DNA from: a virus
Taxonomy: Duplodnaviria > Caudoviricetes
DNA length: 64,000 bases
IMG/VR virus record: IMGVR_UViG_3300037484_000235
Location: 160,001 to 224,000 of that record
Strand: one strand, 5' to 3'
Notes under the pieces: generated by a model
The model's database searches: none
Seen by the model: the letters and a program-made list of their open reading frames with translations, nothing else
Told to the model about the DNA's origin: nothing
In this document: positions 48,249 to 57,378 of the stretch, piece after piece
Numbering within the stretch: the stretch's first letter is position 1
Layout: every line of letters starts with the position of its first letter
Program-made: the position numbers and the translations under genes

Positions 48249-49370
48249 ATGTACTTCCACATGGCAGAGGCGACGCGCCGAAGACTCATCAAAGAGCTTC
48301 GAGCCTATTGGTCCTTGAACCCAAGGTACCAAGACCTCATTGACAACATCCAGGGGAAATACTCGTTCCAAGAGAGGCCCCAGTACGGGATCATTGTCAA
48401 GATGGGTTCCGCCTCAAAGGTCCAGTTCTCCGCTGACAATCTCATGGGGACGATTCAGAGTTACGTGACATTGGCTAGGATTCCAGGGTACTCGGGACTG
48501 TCTGTTGAGTGGGTTAGGGAGGATGCCTATGCCATCCAGGGCAATGGTGGGGTCTTCCCGTCGCAAGCTGGCGTCTATTACTGTGAAATGTCCTCTGCGG
48601 ATGAATTCTACGTAGACCCATTGCTCGACGTACGTGATGAGCGGGTCACGATGACTACCAATTCAGAGGGCATCCTTCAAGGTGTCCCATTCTCCGAAAG
48701 CTTGCGTCTCTTTGAGGTGCCTGGCGGCCGACTCCTTCAGCTCGGTACAGACTACTCAGTGGATGCAGACGGTGTTACAATCTACTTGGCAGTGCCGCTG
48801 GCCAATGGGCAGGCCCTCTCAGCGGACTACCGTGTAGCAGGGACAACGACTGGGCCATGGAAGGTAGAGGCACAGGCGGGGCTTCACAAGATCATCCCCG
48901 GAGTCGTGATGGTCTTTGGGCGGAACTATGTACAAGGTGATCGTTGGGCTATTCTCGTTTCTTCGATTCGGGAGCCTGCATACATGGAGTACGGCGGGAA
49001 GTGGGAGATTGGTGTAGACATCGACATCATAGCTAGGGACGTTAATTCCCAGGCAGAGATTGCAGATCAGACGGCGATGTTCCTGTGGGCCATCTTGCGA
49101 CCGAACGTCATCGATGAGGGGATTGATATCCAGGATGTGTCCATGGGCGGGGAGTCTGAAGAAATATACGACGAGAACGGGGACGACTACTTCTACAATG
49201 CGTCAATTTCCCTAACAATTCAGGCGGATTGGTTCCTTCATGTTCCGATCCTACCGAGAATTCTATCCTACCAGGAGGATATCAAGGGGCTTCCGAGGGA
49301 GCTGTCGCTCTCTCCGTTCAGAGACCCATTCTTCGCATTGAAGTCGGAACACTTCGAAAAGATCTTGTGA
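48249..49370 (+). CDS. Putative tail terminator/sheath stabiliser
   Basis: 373 aa with an acidic C-terminal domain (EEIYDENGDDYFYNASISLTIQADW); located upstream of the sheath. Confidence 0.5.
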   Translation: MYFHMAEATRRRLIKELRAYWSLNPRYQDLIDNIQGKYSFQERPQYGIIVKMGSASKVQFSADNLMGTIQSYVTLARIPGYSGLSVEWVREDAYAIQGNGGVFPSQAGVYYCEMSSADEFYVDPLLDVRDERVTMTTNSEGILQGVPFSESLRLFEVPGGRLLQLGTDYSVDADGVTIYLAVPLANGQALSADYRVAGTTTGPWKVEAQAGLHKIIPGVVMVFGRNYVQGDRWAILVSSIREPAYMEYGGKWEIGVDIDIIARDVNSQAEIADQTAMFLWAILRPNVIDEGIDIQDVSMGGESEEIYDENGDDYFYNASISLTIQADWFLHVPILPRILSYQEDIKGLPRELSLSPFRDPFFALKSEHFEKIL

Positions 49371-49415
49371 TCCGTTGGCCCCTCTATACCTATCCCTTGT
49401 TGAAGAGAGGCCACC

Positions 49416-49892
49416 ATTCCTGTTTTCAGATACCAGTGCGACTGCGGATTGAACTTCTCGACTCGTGTCGCTTCGGCAGCGAGTCCGGTGAAGTGCTCCT
49501 GCGGGTCATTGGCGAAACAAGATCTCCCCCGATCTTTTTCGGTGGGCACGTCTGTTCCTACGAATGGACTCTCTGCCCCATCAACAGGCCTATCGTCACA
49601 TGACTATGTGTTTGACAAGGTTGTGGGAGAAGATGCCAAGGGCAAGTGGGACAAGATTGCGGCCCGCCACAAGGACAAGGTTCGGCTTCTTGAGCAGACT
49701 GGGGCCACAGGATTCGATCTCACCAAGCAGCATGACGGTTCCTACGCCATCATGACCCCCCAGCAGCGGGCTGCCTCTGAACGGACACGGGCATTCCACT
49801 TCAAGATGGATGCTGCGGGTCCGGCTCAAGCCCGAAAGAAGCAGATTGAGGCAACAAGTTTGGTCCCTAAGGATCACAAAAGCCATGTCTGA
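49416..49892 (+). CDS. Second FmdB-family zinc-ribbon protein with apparent ATT start
   Basis: GAGAGG-N5-ATT CCT GTT TTC AGA TAC CAG TGC GAC TGC reads (M)PVFRYQCDC...CSCG. An in-frame TGA at 49401 precludes an upstream ATG. Confidence 0.65.
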   Translation: MPVFRYQCDCGLNFSTRVASAASPVKCSCGSLAKQDLPRSFSVGTSVPTNGLSAPSTGLSSHDYVFDKVVGEDAKGKWDKIAARHKDKVRLLEQTGATGFDLTKQHDGSYAIMTPQQRAASERTRAFHFKMDAAGPAQARKKQIEATSLVPKDHKSHV

Positions 49893-50574
49893 ACTTCGAA
49901 GTAAGCTCATTCGTTTGGCCAACTCTAACCCAGAGTTGCGATCCACATTGCTACCTTTGCTGAAGGAGGGCGCCGCCGAGAAGACCGGGTCCTCTGTCAC
50001 CTATGCGATGGCTGTGAGGGACGCTTCTCTGGAGTTGATTGGAGCGTCAAGAGGAAGTGATGTTACAGACGAGGGGCAGATGCTCATTCTGCTTCTTGCT
50101 GCATGCTCCACATTCGTCAAGAAGGGCAGGATTGGAAGCAATCAGACCGCTATCCTCATCAAAAGGGCAGCCGACTCGTTGTACAAGGAGATGTTCGGGG
50201 AGAGTCCTGATGCGGTGTCACCAGTTGTTGCCGCTCCGACCCCCAGGGATCTGTTCTTTGGTTCGGGCAAGCTAAGTGGGTATGCCCTAGAAGTCATCCG
50301 TGGGATGCAGATGTTGGATGGTGACATCCACACCAAAGGCAAAGTAAATCCCAATGGCTCGGTGGAGTTCATGCATGGTGGTGTCTACGGCACAGTTCTG
50401 GTTGAGATGGGATTGTCCAATGATGCCCGTGCGTGGGTATCTGTGTACACGACTGGGCGTCGGCCCGCTTCCATCATGTTTCCCTCAACCTTCGATGTGA
50501 AGAGCGTGGCTGGGTCAAAGTTTCCCAGGATGCTCCTGAACAAGCTCTCTGACCTGAGTGCTTGGGCTGAGTAA
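49885..50574 (+). CDS. Leader-bearing putative head cargo protein 3
   Basis: Starts MSELRSKLIRLANSNPELRSTLLPLLKEGAA. Confidence 0.75.
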   Translation: MSELRSKLIRLANSNPELRSTLLPLLKEGAAEKTGSSVTYAMAVRDASLELIGASRGSDVTDEGQMLILLLAACSTFVKKGRIGSNQTAILIKRAADSLYKEMFGESPDAVSPVVAAPTPRDLFFGSGKLSGYALEVIRGMQMLDGDIHTKGKVNPNGSVEFMHGGVYGTVLVEMGLSNDARAWVSVYTTGRRPASIMFPSTFDVKSVAGSKFPRMLLNKLSDLSAWAE

Positions 50575-50699
50575 GATTTCCCTCCCGGTGCCTTAGGGCC
50601 CCGTGGTCCACAAACATACCTAACATCCTGCGCTTTCATTTTCTCTCCTTTATTTAGGAGAGGTTGATTCACATCAGTTCTCTCAGGAGCGCGCGAACC

Positions 50700-53600
50700 A
50701 TGCCAAGTCTTCTCCGTGGCGGATACACTCCCCCAGGTGTTTACACCCAGACCACTTTCGGAGTCCCACCGACCCCGACTCCGATTCCAGCTCGTATTCC
50801 CGTGTTCGTCGGGACGGGCACTGAGATCCTCTCTCGGTCGAGTCTCCCTGTCGTGCGTGGCAGTTCCAGCACCATTGACCAACAGGTCGTGGACGAGGAT
50901 GAGGCTGGTCGTGGCGTAGTTAGCGTCACCTCAGGTGGCCTTGTCACTCTTGGGGACTTCGATGGCCTGCTCACGAAGTTCCAGGTCCGCAACCTTCCCA
51001 TCGTCTCTGGCGATGGGACTGGCACCGTTGCGGTCGATACCAGCGCAGTCTCGTGCAAGATCAACGGATTCCCCGTTGTGGTTCTTGGACTTGACGCAGC
51101 CGAGGGCATCGTCGAGCTGTCGGTAGCACCAGTGTCTACGGACGTGGTCCTCTGCACTTACTTCTTCGACCGCACAGACACTCTGACGACGGATGACGTG
51201 TCGGATCAGGTCACTGCTGAGGCGGCGATCATCGATGGCCTTGCGGGACAGAGCTTCGCGTTCGCACTTGCCGCGAACGACGTTTTCTCCCTCTCGGTAG
51301 ATGGATTGGCGTTCGTGAACATCACGATGCCCTCGTCCGCCCCATCGGTGAGCGGCGCAGTGGTAGCAGCAACCATCAACGGCACCGCAGGAATTGGCTC
51401 TCTCGTCGCCACGACCTACGTCAACAACCTTGCTCAGACTTGCATCCGGCTTACGGCCGACAAGTCCATCACCATTGGAACGGGCACGGCGAATACAACC
51501 CTTGGGTTCACGCCTGGTGCAACGACCTCTCGCAATCGTGTGTTCTACACGTTCCAGGGTCCGATCGTCGATGGTTTCGGCGGCGGTACCACAACGACGG
51601 ACCCTTCGTTGGTTGTTGTCCTTGTGGACAGCGTCCAGGTCATCCCAACAGCGGTCAATGGGTCGTCCCGGTCGATCACCTTGCCCTACGCTCCGGCAGT
51701 GGGCTCTACGGTTACGGTCCGCTACTACTTTAACACCTGGCAGGACACGTTCGATTACCTTGCCAACATCGGTGTGACGGAGATCACACGCGCAGCCCTC
51801 ACCCCTGACGGAAGCGTTGCGGGCACATACGTCCAGGGTGTGTCATACGTTCTCAAGGACGACGTGATCGTGTGGGGCACAGCGGCCCTCGTTTCCTCTG
51901 ACGTGCATACAGAGGGTGGGACGACTCTAGGCACCTCGCAAATCCAAGCGATGTTGGTAGACAACCAGGTCTACCTTGCCCCCTGCGCAACGACCGTGGA
52001 CAGCACAGGCCCAGTCTCGGTTGCAAGTCGTACGGTCTTCCAGCTTCCATACCAGCCCACGACGGGTAATGGACGGGGTAATCCCCTGGGTTCGACGCTG
52101 TACGCGTCTGTCGCCAACGGGCGGATGGATCTCCCAACGAATCGCCCCGACCTCATCACAGCCTACTGGGGCTTCGGCGTTCAGGATGCAGTGGATCGTG
52201 GCGCGGTTGCGGTCCTCAAGGTGGACAGCGAGACTTCGCAGATCACACTCGGTTCGAGTGTGCCTGAAGGTGCAAGCGTCTACGCCTCGTTCTACTACAA
52301 CACGCTTGTGGACATGGCGAACATCGGTTCGAGCCACGCATACACACTAACGTGTGTGACGCCTGGACCTGGCGGAATCGGAACGTATTCCATCGCTGAT
52401 GGTGAGGGAGTCCTGCTTTTCGGGGCGAGCCTTACAGCCAAGGGAAGCGACCTCACGACCGTAGACGTGATGTTCCCTTCGGGCTCCGAGTTCTTCCCAG
52501 ACGCGCATGTCTCGGGCGGGGCGCCTGTCGAGGAGACTGTCACAGTCCAGTTCGCTACGTCGGACGTGACACCTGCTCGGTTCACGAACCTCGGACCTGG
52601 CCCGTACTACATGATCGACAACACCTCGGATCGTCTCCGGGTGACGTTCGATGCGGCGGCACAGCAGACGGGTCTTGCGGCTGGTATGGACCTCTCCGCC
52701 CCAACGCTGGGCACACGCGCCGGTGCATTCGCCTCTCTTCTGGGTGAAGAGATTGCGTACACAGCGGCCTCCGGTGAAACCACCTACGACCTCACCTCCG
52801 GTGTGGATGATGCCCTCGATCTCATCGTAGACGGTGTGCCCCTGACCGTAGCAGTCGGTACTGCCCCAGGTACAACGGCTGCGGGCTTTGTTACGGCCAT
52901 CAACGCAGCGGCCGTCGCTGCGGGCAATGAGCCCTACTACGACACCGCGGGTACGTTCACGAGCTTCATTGTCACGGTGAACGAGTACGACCAGCTTCGT
53001 CTTCACTACACGGGTGGCACCAACGGTGCGTCCGGTGTTGAGACGATCACCATCACCCCTGGTACCTACGCATCTCTCGGTGCGCTTGTTACCGAGATCA
53101 ATGCGCAGCTTGCGCTGATCAACGGTCTGTCCAGCACCGCTCTGTTCGGTTGGGTGACGGCTTCGGCTCTCTCTTCCGGCAAGATCCGATTCACTCTCGA
53201 AATCGGAAAGGGTATGGATACCCTGACCTTCGGTGGTATCCCAATCGCGGGTGAGACTGTTACGATCAATGCCAAGATCTATACGTTCCGAGCGGTCATC
53301 AACGGAGCATCTGTAGACGGTGATGTCCTCATCGGAACGGCGAGCGGTTCGCTCGACAACCTGATTGCAGCCATCAATCTCGGTGCAGGCTCAGGCGTCA
53401 CCTACGCAGCGGCAATGACTCTTCACCCCACGGTGTCTGCGGTTGCGGGCGCAGGCGTCACGATGATCGCATACGCCAAGGCAGTTGGAACTGCGGGCAA
53501 CGCAATCACCGATGCAACCAACGTTACACTTGGTGCATGGACGAACGCAGCTCCCGCTGGATTCTTTGCGGGTGGCGATGACACGGGTTACCTGGAGTTC

Positions 53601-56027
53601 ATCGCAAACGCCACACCAGCTCGGGACTTCGCGATCATCGCGGGTATTGACACTGGCACGGCAATCAGCCTCAACCAGACCAAGATCTACAATGGTCCAA
53701 TCGCTCGCCGCTTCACTGTGGCTACGACAGCGGGCCGCTTGCCCTACGACCGGATCATCCTCCGCAATCGTCTCTTCCCAGGTGGGGCTTCGCTGTCTTA
53801 CGTACCTACCCTTGCACAGACTGGAATCACCCTTCAGGGTGGGACCGGTGCAACCAAGGCCGGGCTTCTCAATGGGGAGACGGCTGAGGCTGTGTTCGGG
53901 GCAAACGTCAAGAATCCTACCATTGTCGCCCTCACGGGATGGGCTGGCGGACAGGTAGCAACGGCTACCTACGGTGACGCACGGGACGGCCAGGCAAATG
54001 TCACCTTCTACGATGGGACGGACCCTGCCAATCCTGCCAACAACCTCATGACTTTCACCGCCGGTGGAAGTCTCGTGACGGTGACCTTCACGGCTTCGGC
54101 CTTGGGTACGGCTACGGCACTAGGCCCCGTCACTGTCGCGGGCTCTGTGCTTGGTCAGATCAACGCGGCCATCGTGGCTGCAAGCCTCACAGCGGTCGTC
54201 TCTGTCCAACAGGAGGGTGCGGCCATCCGCCTTGTTGGCGGCGGCGTCGGCCCCGCAGCAACCCTGGTCATCGGGGCAGGAAGCGCGAACGACACACTCG
54301 GATTTGTCGAGGACGACTCGGCAGCTCCGGTTCCAGTCTCCACCCGCCAGCTTGCTTCGGCACTCATGGGTGCCAGCCAGTCGAGCGCAAACTTCACTGT
54401 CGCGATGCTCAGCTACTCGGCACCGGACGCAGCGTACTTCGCAGGTCGAGCCCTCGCCGGAATCAAGGTGGACTCGACGGGCAACGTCTACCTCTACCTC
54501 CAGAGCCTGACCCTGGGCACTGCGTCGAGCATCGACTTCGGAGACGCAACCTCGAACAACGCCCTGGTGACAGGGACCTTGCTCCTCATCACGTCGGCGG
54601 ACGGATCGTCTGGCGAGGCAGCCATCAACGGCTACTTCGTGACCAGCTCGAATCCCGGGCTGGGCTCGGGTTCGGCCGATACCTCGGTGTTCAACTCGGG
54701 TACGGGCCAAGACGGTGTGGTTGGACAGACGTATGTCGATGACGTGTCTGGCTTGACCTTCACCATTCTGCCTCGCTCGGGTGGCATTGCCTACCCAGTT
54801 GGTGTGAATGCCACGCTCAACTTCCGTGTGAGCAAGACGTTCACGACGGATGGCAACATCCCCACTCTCGCAATCCCCGGAGTCGAACTCACGGTCACGA
54901 ACACATCGGGTGTGGTCGCGCTGGACTCGGCCTTCGTGGAGACCTTCAAGAAGACGGGAGACGAGCCTACCAATGGGCAGATCTACTACGTCAGCTACAA
55001 CTACGCGAAGCAGGACTTCACCCCAAAGTTCTTCTCTCGCCTCTCGGAAGTCGTCACTGAGTACGGGCCTGTCAGCCCTGACAACCCGCTCTCTCTGGCA
55101 GCCCACATCGCCTTCCTAGGCGGTTCGTCTGTCATCGCTACCTATCAGGTGCTCAAGACGACTGGGTCGTCTCAGGCGAGCGAGCAGGCGTACTTGGATG
55201 CGCTTGTAGCTCTTGAGGGCAGCTCACTCCCAGGGAACATCATCCCAACAGTGCTGGTCCTTCTGACTCCAGCCACAGCAAACCTAGCGAAGCAGACAGC
55301 CATCCACTGCGACGTGCAGAGCAGCATCCGCTACCGTGCGGAGCGTACCGCGGTCTTCGGTTTCGCTTCGGGCACCCAGCCTTCCCAGGTTGGCACAATC
55401 TCCCAGGCAACAGGATCGACACGTGTTCGGTTTGTCTACCCAGACATCTGGACAATCACGATCACCGATGTACTTGGAACCTCCAAGGCATATCTCGTGG
55501 ATGGTCGCTACATGGCAGCCTCCGTGGCAGCCTCCACGACCGCACCCTCTATCGACTCTGCAACTCCATGGACTGGTCGGCTTCTCCCAGGCTGGACTGC
55601 CAGTGGGCGGTCTCTGGACGCTGTGGAGGCAAATCAGGTCGCGTCCAAGGGCGTGACCGTGATCGAAGAGAAGTTGCCGAACATGCGGATTCGGCATGGC
55701 CTCACGTCAGACATGACCAATGTCCTGACGAAGATCCCAACGGTCATTCAGATCGCTGATGACATGCAGCGTCGTGCACGCGCAGTGCTCGACCAGTTCG
55801 TGGGTGTCAAGTTCCTCCCACAGATCCTCGGACAGATCGAGGGACAGCTGAGCGAGATGTTCAAGCGCGCCGTGCAGGAACAGATCATCACGAGCTTCAC
55901 GGGTATCAGCGTGGTTCTCGACCCTGAGGATCCCACTGCCACTCTGGTAGAAGCCTTCTACCTCCCCGTCTTCCCTCTTTTGTATCTCCAGCTAAACTTC
56001 AGGGTGTCTTCACAGTCGAACATTTGA
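50700..56027 (+). CDS. Tail sheath protein with large insertions (about 1775 aa)
   Basis: N-terminal YTPPGVYT and a C-terminal sheath domain (VTVIEE...IRHGLT...IADDMQRRAR..LDQFVG...EAFYLPVFPLLYLQLNF). Start ATG 50700 after AGGAG. Confidence 0.9.
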   Translation: MPSLLRGGYTPPGVYTQTTFGVPPTPTPIPARIPVFVGTGTEILSRSSLPVVRGSSSTIDQQVVDEDEAGRGVVSVTSGGLVTLGDFDGLLTKFQVRNLPIVSGDGTGTVAVDTSAVSCKINGFPVVVLGLDAAEGIVELSVAPVSTDVVLCTYFFDRTDTLTTDDVSDQVTAEAAIIDGLAGQSFAFALAANDVFSLSVDGLAFVNITMPSSAPSVSGAVVAATINGTAGIGSLVATTYVNNLAQTCIRLTADKSITIGTGTANTTLGFTPGATTSRNRVFYTFQGPIVDGFGGGTTTTDPSLVVVLVDSVQVIPTAVNGSSRSITLPYAPAVGSTVTVRYYFNTWQDTFDYLANIGVTEITRAALTPDGSVAGTYVQGVSYVLKDDVIVWGTAALVSSDVHTEGGTTLGTSQIQAMLVDNQVYLAPCATTVDSTGPVSVASRTVFQLPYQPTTGNGRGNPLGSTLYASVANGRMDLPTNRPDLITAYWGFGVQDAVDRGAVAVLKVDSETSQITLGSSVPEGASVYASFYYNTLVDMANIGSSHAYTLTCVTPGPGGIGTYSIADGEGVLLFGASLTAKGSDLTTVDVMFPSGSEFFPDAHVSGGAPVEETVTVQFATSDVTPARFTNLGPGPYYMIDNTSDRLRVTFDAAAQQTGLAAGMDLSAPTLGTRAGAFASLLGEEIAYTAASGETTYDLTSGVDDALDLIVDGVPLTVAVGTAPGTTAAGFVTAINAAAVAAGNEPYYDTAGTFTSFIVTVNEYDQLRLHYTGGTNGASGVETITITPGTYASLGALVTEINAQLALINGLSSTALFGWVTASALSSGKIRFTLEIGKGMDTLTFGGIPIAGETVTINAKIYTFRAVINGASVDGDVLIGTASGSLDNLIAAINLGAGSGVTYAAAMTLHPTVSAVAGAGVTMIAYAKAVGTAGNAITDATNVTLGAWTNAAPAGFFAGGDDTGYLEFIANATPARDFAIIAGIDTGTAISLNQTKIYNGPIARRFTVATTAGRLPYDRIILRNRLFPGGASLSYVPTLAQTGITLQGGTGATKAGLLNGETAEAVFGANVKNPTIVALTGWAGGQVATATYGDARDGQANVTFYDGTDPANPANNLMTFTAGGSLVTVTFTASALGTATALGPVTVAGSVLGQINAAIVAASLTAVVSVQQEGAAIRLVGGGVGPAATLVIGAGSANDTLGFVEDDSAAPVPVSTRQLASALMGASQSSANFTVAMLSYSAPDAAYFAGRALAGIKVDSTGNVYLYLQSLTLGTASSIDFGDATSNNALVTGTLLLITSADGSSGEAAINGYFVTSSNPGLGSGSADTSVFNSGTGQDGVVGQTYVDDVSGLTFTILPRSGGIAYPVGVNATLNFRVSKTFTTDGNIPTLAIPGVELTVTNTSGVVALDSAFVETFKKTGDEPTNGQIYYVSYNYAKQDFTPKFFSRLSEVVTEYGPVSPDNPLSLAAHIAFLGGSSVIATYQVLKTTGSSQASEQAYLDALVALEGSSLPGNIIPTVLVLLTPATANLAKQTAIHCDVQSSIRYRAERTAVFGFASGTQPSQVGTISQATGSTRVRFVYPDIWTITITDVLGTSKAYLVDGRYMAASVAASTTAPSIDSATPWTGRLLPGWTASGRSLDAVEANQVASKGVTVIEEKLPNMRIRHGLTSDMTNVLTKIPTVIQIADDMQRRARAVLDQFVGVKFLPQILGQIEGQLSEMFKRAVQEQIITSFTGISVVLDPEDPTATLVEAFYLPVFPLLYLQLNFRVSSQSNI

Positions 56028-56053
56028 CCTGTGTAGGGACCGGATGAAAGCTG

Positions 56054-56099
56054 AACTAGAGCGGAGTCGGGGACAAAATCCTCAGGCTCCGTTCTAGTT
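56054..56099 (+). terminator. Long hairpin after the sheath gene
   Basis: AACTAGAGCGGAGTC ... GGCTCCGTTCTAGTT inverted repeat. Confidence 0.55.
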
Positions 56100-56130
56100 T
56101 CTAGCCTATCTCACACGTCTGGAAAGAGCT

Positions 56131-57378
56131 ATGTCCAATCCACTCTCCAAACTCGTCCGGTTGGCACAGTCAAATCCAGAGCTTGCCACCATCTTGAAGC
56201 CAGAGCCATTGGCTTCTCGGGTTGCGGACGCAGCTAGGAAGGCGGGGATGCTGGGCCGCACTTCTCTTGAGGCATTCGTCTTCAAGAGGTTTCCGCCTGA
56301 CAACAAGATGAAGGGTGGGGGGCGGCTGATGGTGATGCTTACGGGCAACACCGCAACAGCAGTTGGTGTCCCCAACTACACCACTAGGTACTTGGACCAG
56401 CTTGACGACGATCAGCTCAAGGCCCTCGTGGATGCGGTAGATCCTCACGGACATGGTTATCGCCTGGCGGGCTACGGGCGAGGCTACGGATCGTCCTACA
56501 AGGGTGACCCCAGGTGGATGGAAGCCAAGTACCCTGGCGTGGACTCCAAAGGCAACTCTTTCCGTAAGGGAGAGGAAGTCCTCTACTGGCCTTCGACAAA
56601 GACCTTCATGACGGGCCCTGAAGCCAAGGCGGCTTGGCAGAAGTTCCTGTCCGAGAAGGGCGACGAAGAGGGCAATCCATACGCTCGTGCGGCTTCTGCT
56701 AAGCGGGTTGTTGCCACTTTTCTTCCCACATGTTCGGATGGCACCCCCGCAGAGTATGATGATGGGTTAGACGCTTATGCGTGTCCATCGACTGGGGAGG
56801 TTGGACCAAACGGACCTGCCTACCAAAAGTGTGCGGCTCACGGTGCGGTTTCTGTCAGGCGGGTAGCGGGGGAAATTGACCACTCAATCGCTCGCCGACA
56901 GGCAGCATTGGTGTTGAAGGGGCTCAGGCCCTCTACTCGTGCAGGAGTTCTCAAGGAACTTCTTGCAAGGATCACGGGGGATGCTGTCCTCATGGATTAT
57001 CTCTACCGGGAGACCGTCTCTGGTTCCTACGCAGGTAAAGACGGCAAGCTGAATTACCACATGATGGGGGACCTGTTTGGGGGGCCCGTCGCACAGTGGA
57101 AAGAGCGCAATGAGATTGAGGACAATCCCGCCTATGAAGAGTTGTCTCTTGACCCCAAGCTTGCAGCAGGAATTGAGAAGGCACTCAAAACCTACCGCCC
57201 ACAGAACCCAACTATCTCCAAGGTTGACTCCATCGACTTTGATAGTGTGAGGATGAAAATCCGCTTCGATCTGACAGACAAGATCAAGCGCCTTCAGGCC
57301 GGAAACAGCACGGACCCCGCTGGAGACGCAGCGGAAATCGCCCGCATCTTCGAAGAACTAGCAAGGATGTTCAAGTGA
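56131..57378 (+). CDS. Leader-bearing putative head cargo protein 4 (multidomain)
   Basis: Starts MSNPLSKLVRLAQSNPELATIL. Small domains are separated by RKAG, RLAG, RAAS and RVAG. Confidence 0.75.
   Translation: MSNPLSKLVRLAQSNPELATILKPEPLASRVADAARKAGMLGRTSLEAFVFKRFPPDNKMKGGGRLMVMLTGNTATAVGVPNYTTRYLDQLDDDQLKALVDAVDPHGHGYRLAGYGRGYGSSYKGDPRWMEAKYPGVDSKGNSFRKGEEVLYWPSTKTFMTGPEAKAAWQKFLSEKGDEEGNPYARAASAKRVVATFLPTCSDGTPAEYDDGLDAYACPSTGEVGPNGPAYQKCAAHGAVSVRRVAGEIDHSIARRQAALVLKGLRPSTRAGVLKELLARITGDAVLMDYLYRETVSGSYAGKDGKLNYHMMGDLFGGPVAQWKERNEIEDNPAYEELSLDPKLAAGIEKALKTYRPQNPTISKVDSIDFDSVRMKIRFDLTDKIKRLQAGNSTDPAGDAAEIARIFEELARMFK

Noticed and set aside
19641-53577. Possible diversity-generating retroelement template/variable repeat pair
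   Set aside because: Mismatches are mostly synonymous third positions rather than adenine-specific, both copies are internal coding domains, and no reverse transcriptase is in the window.
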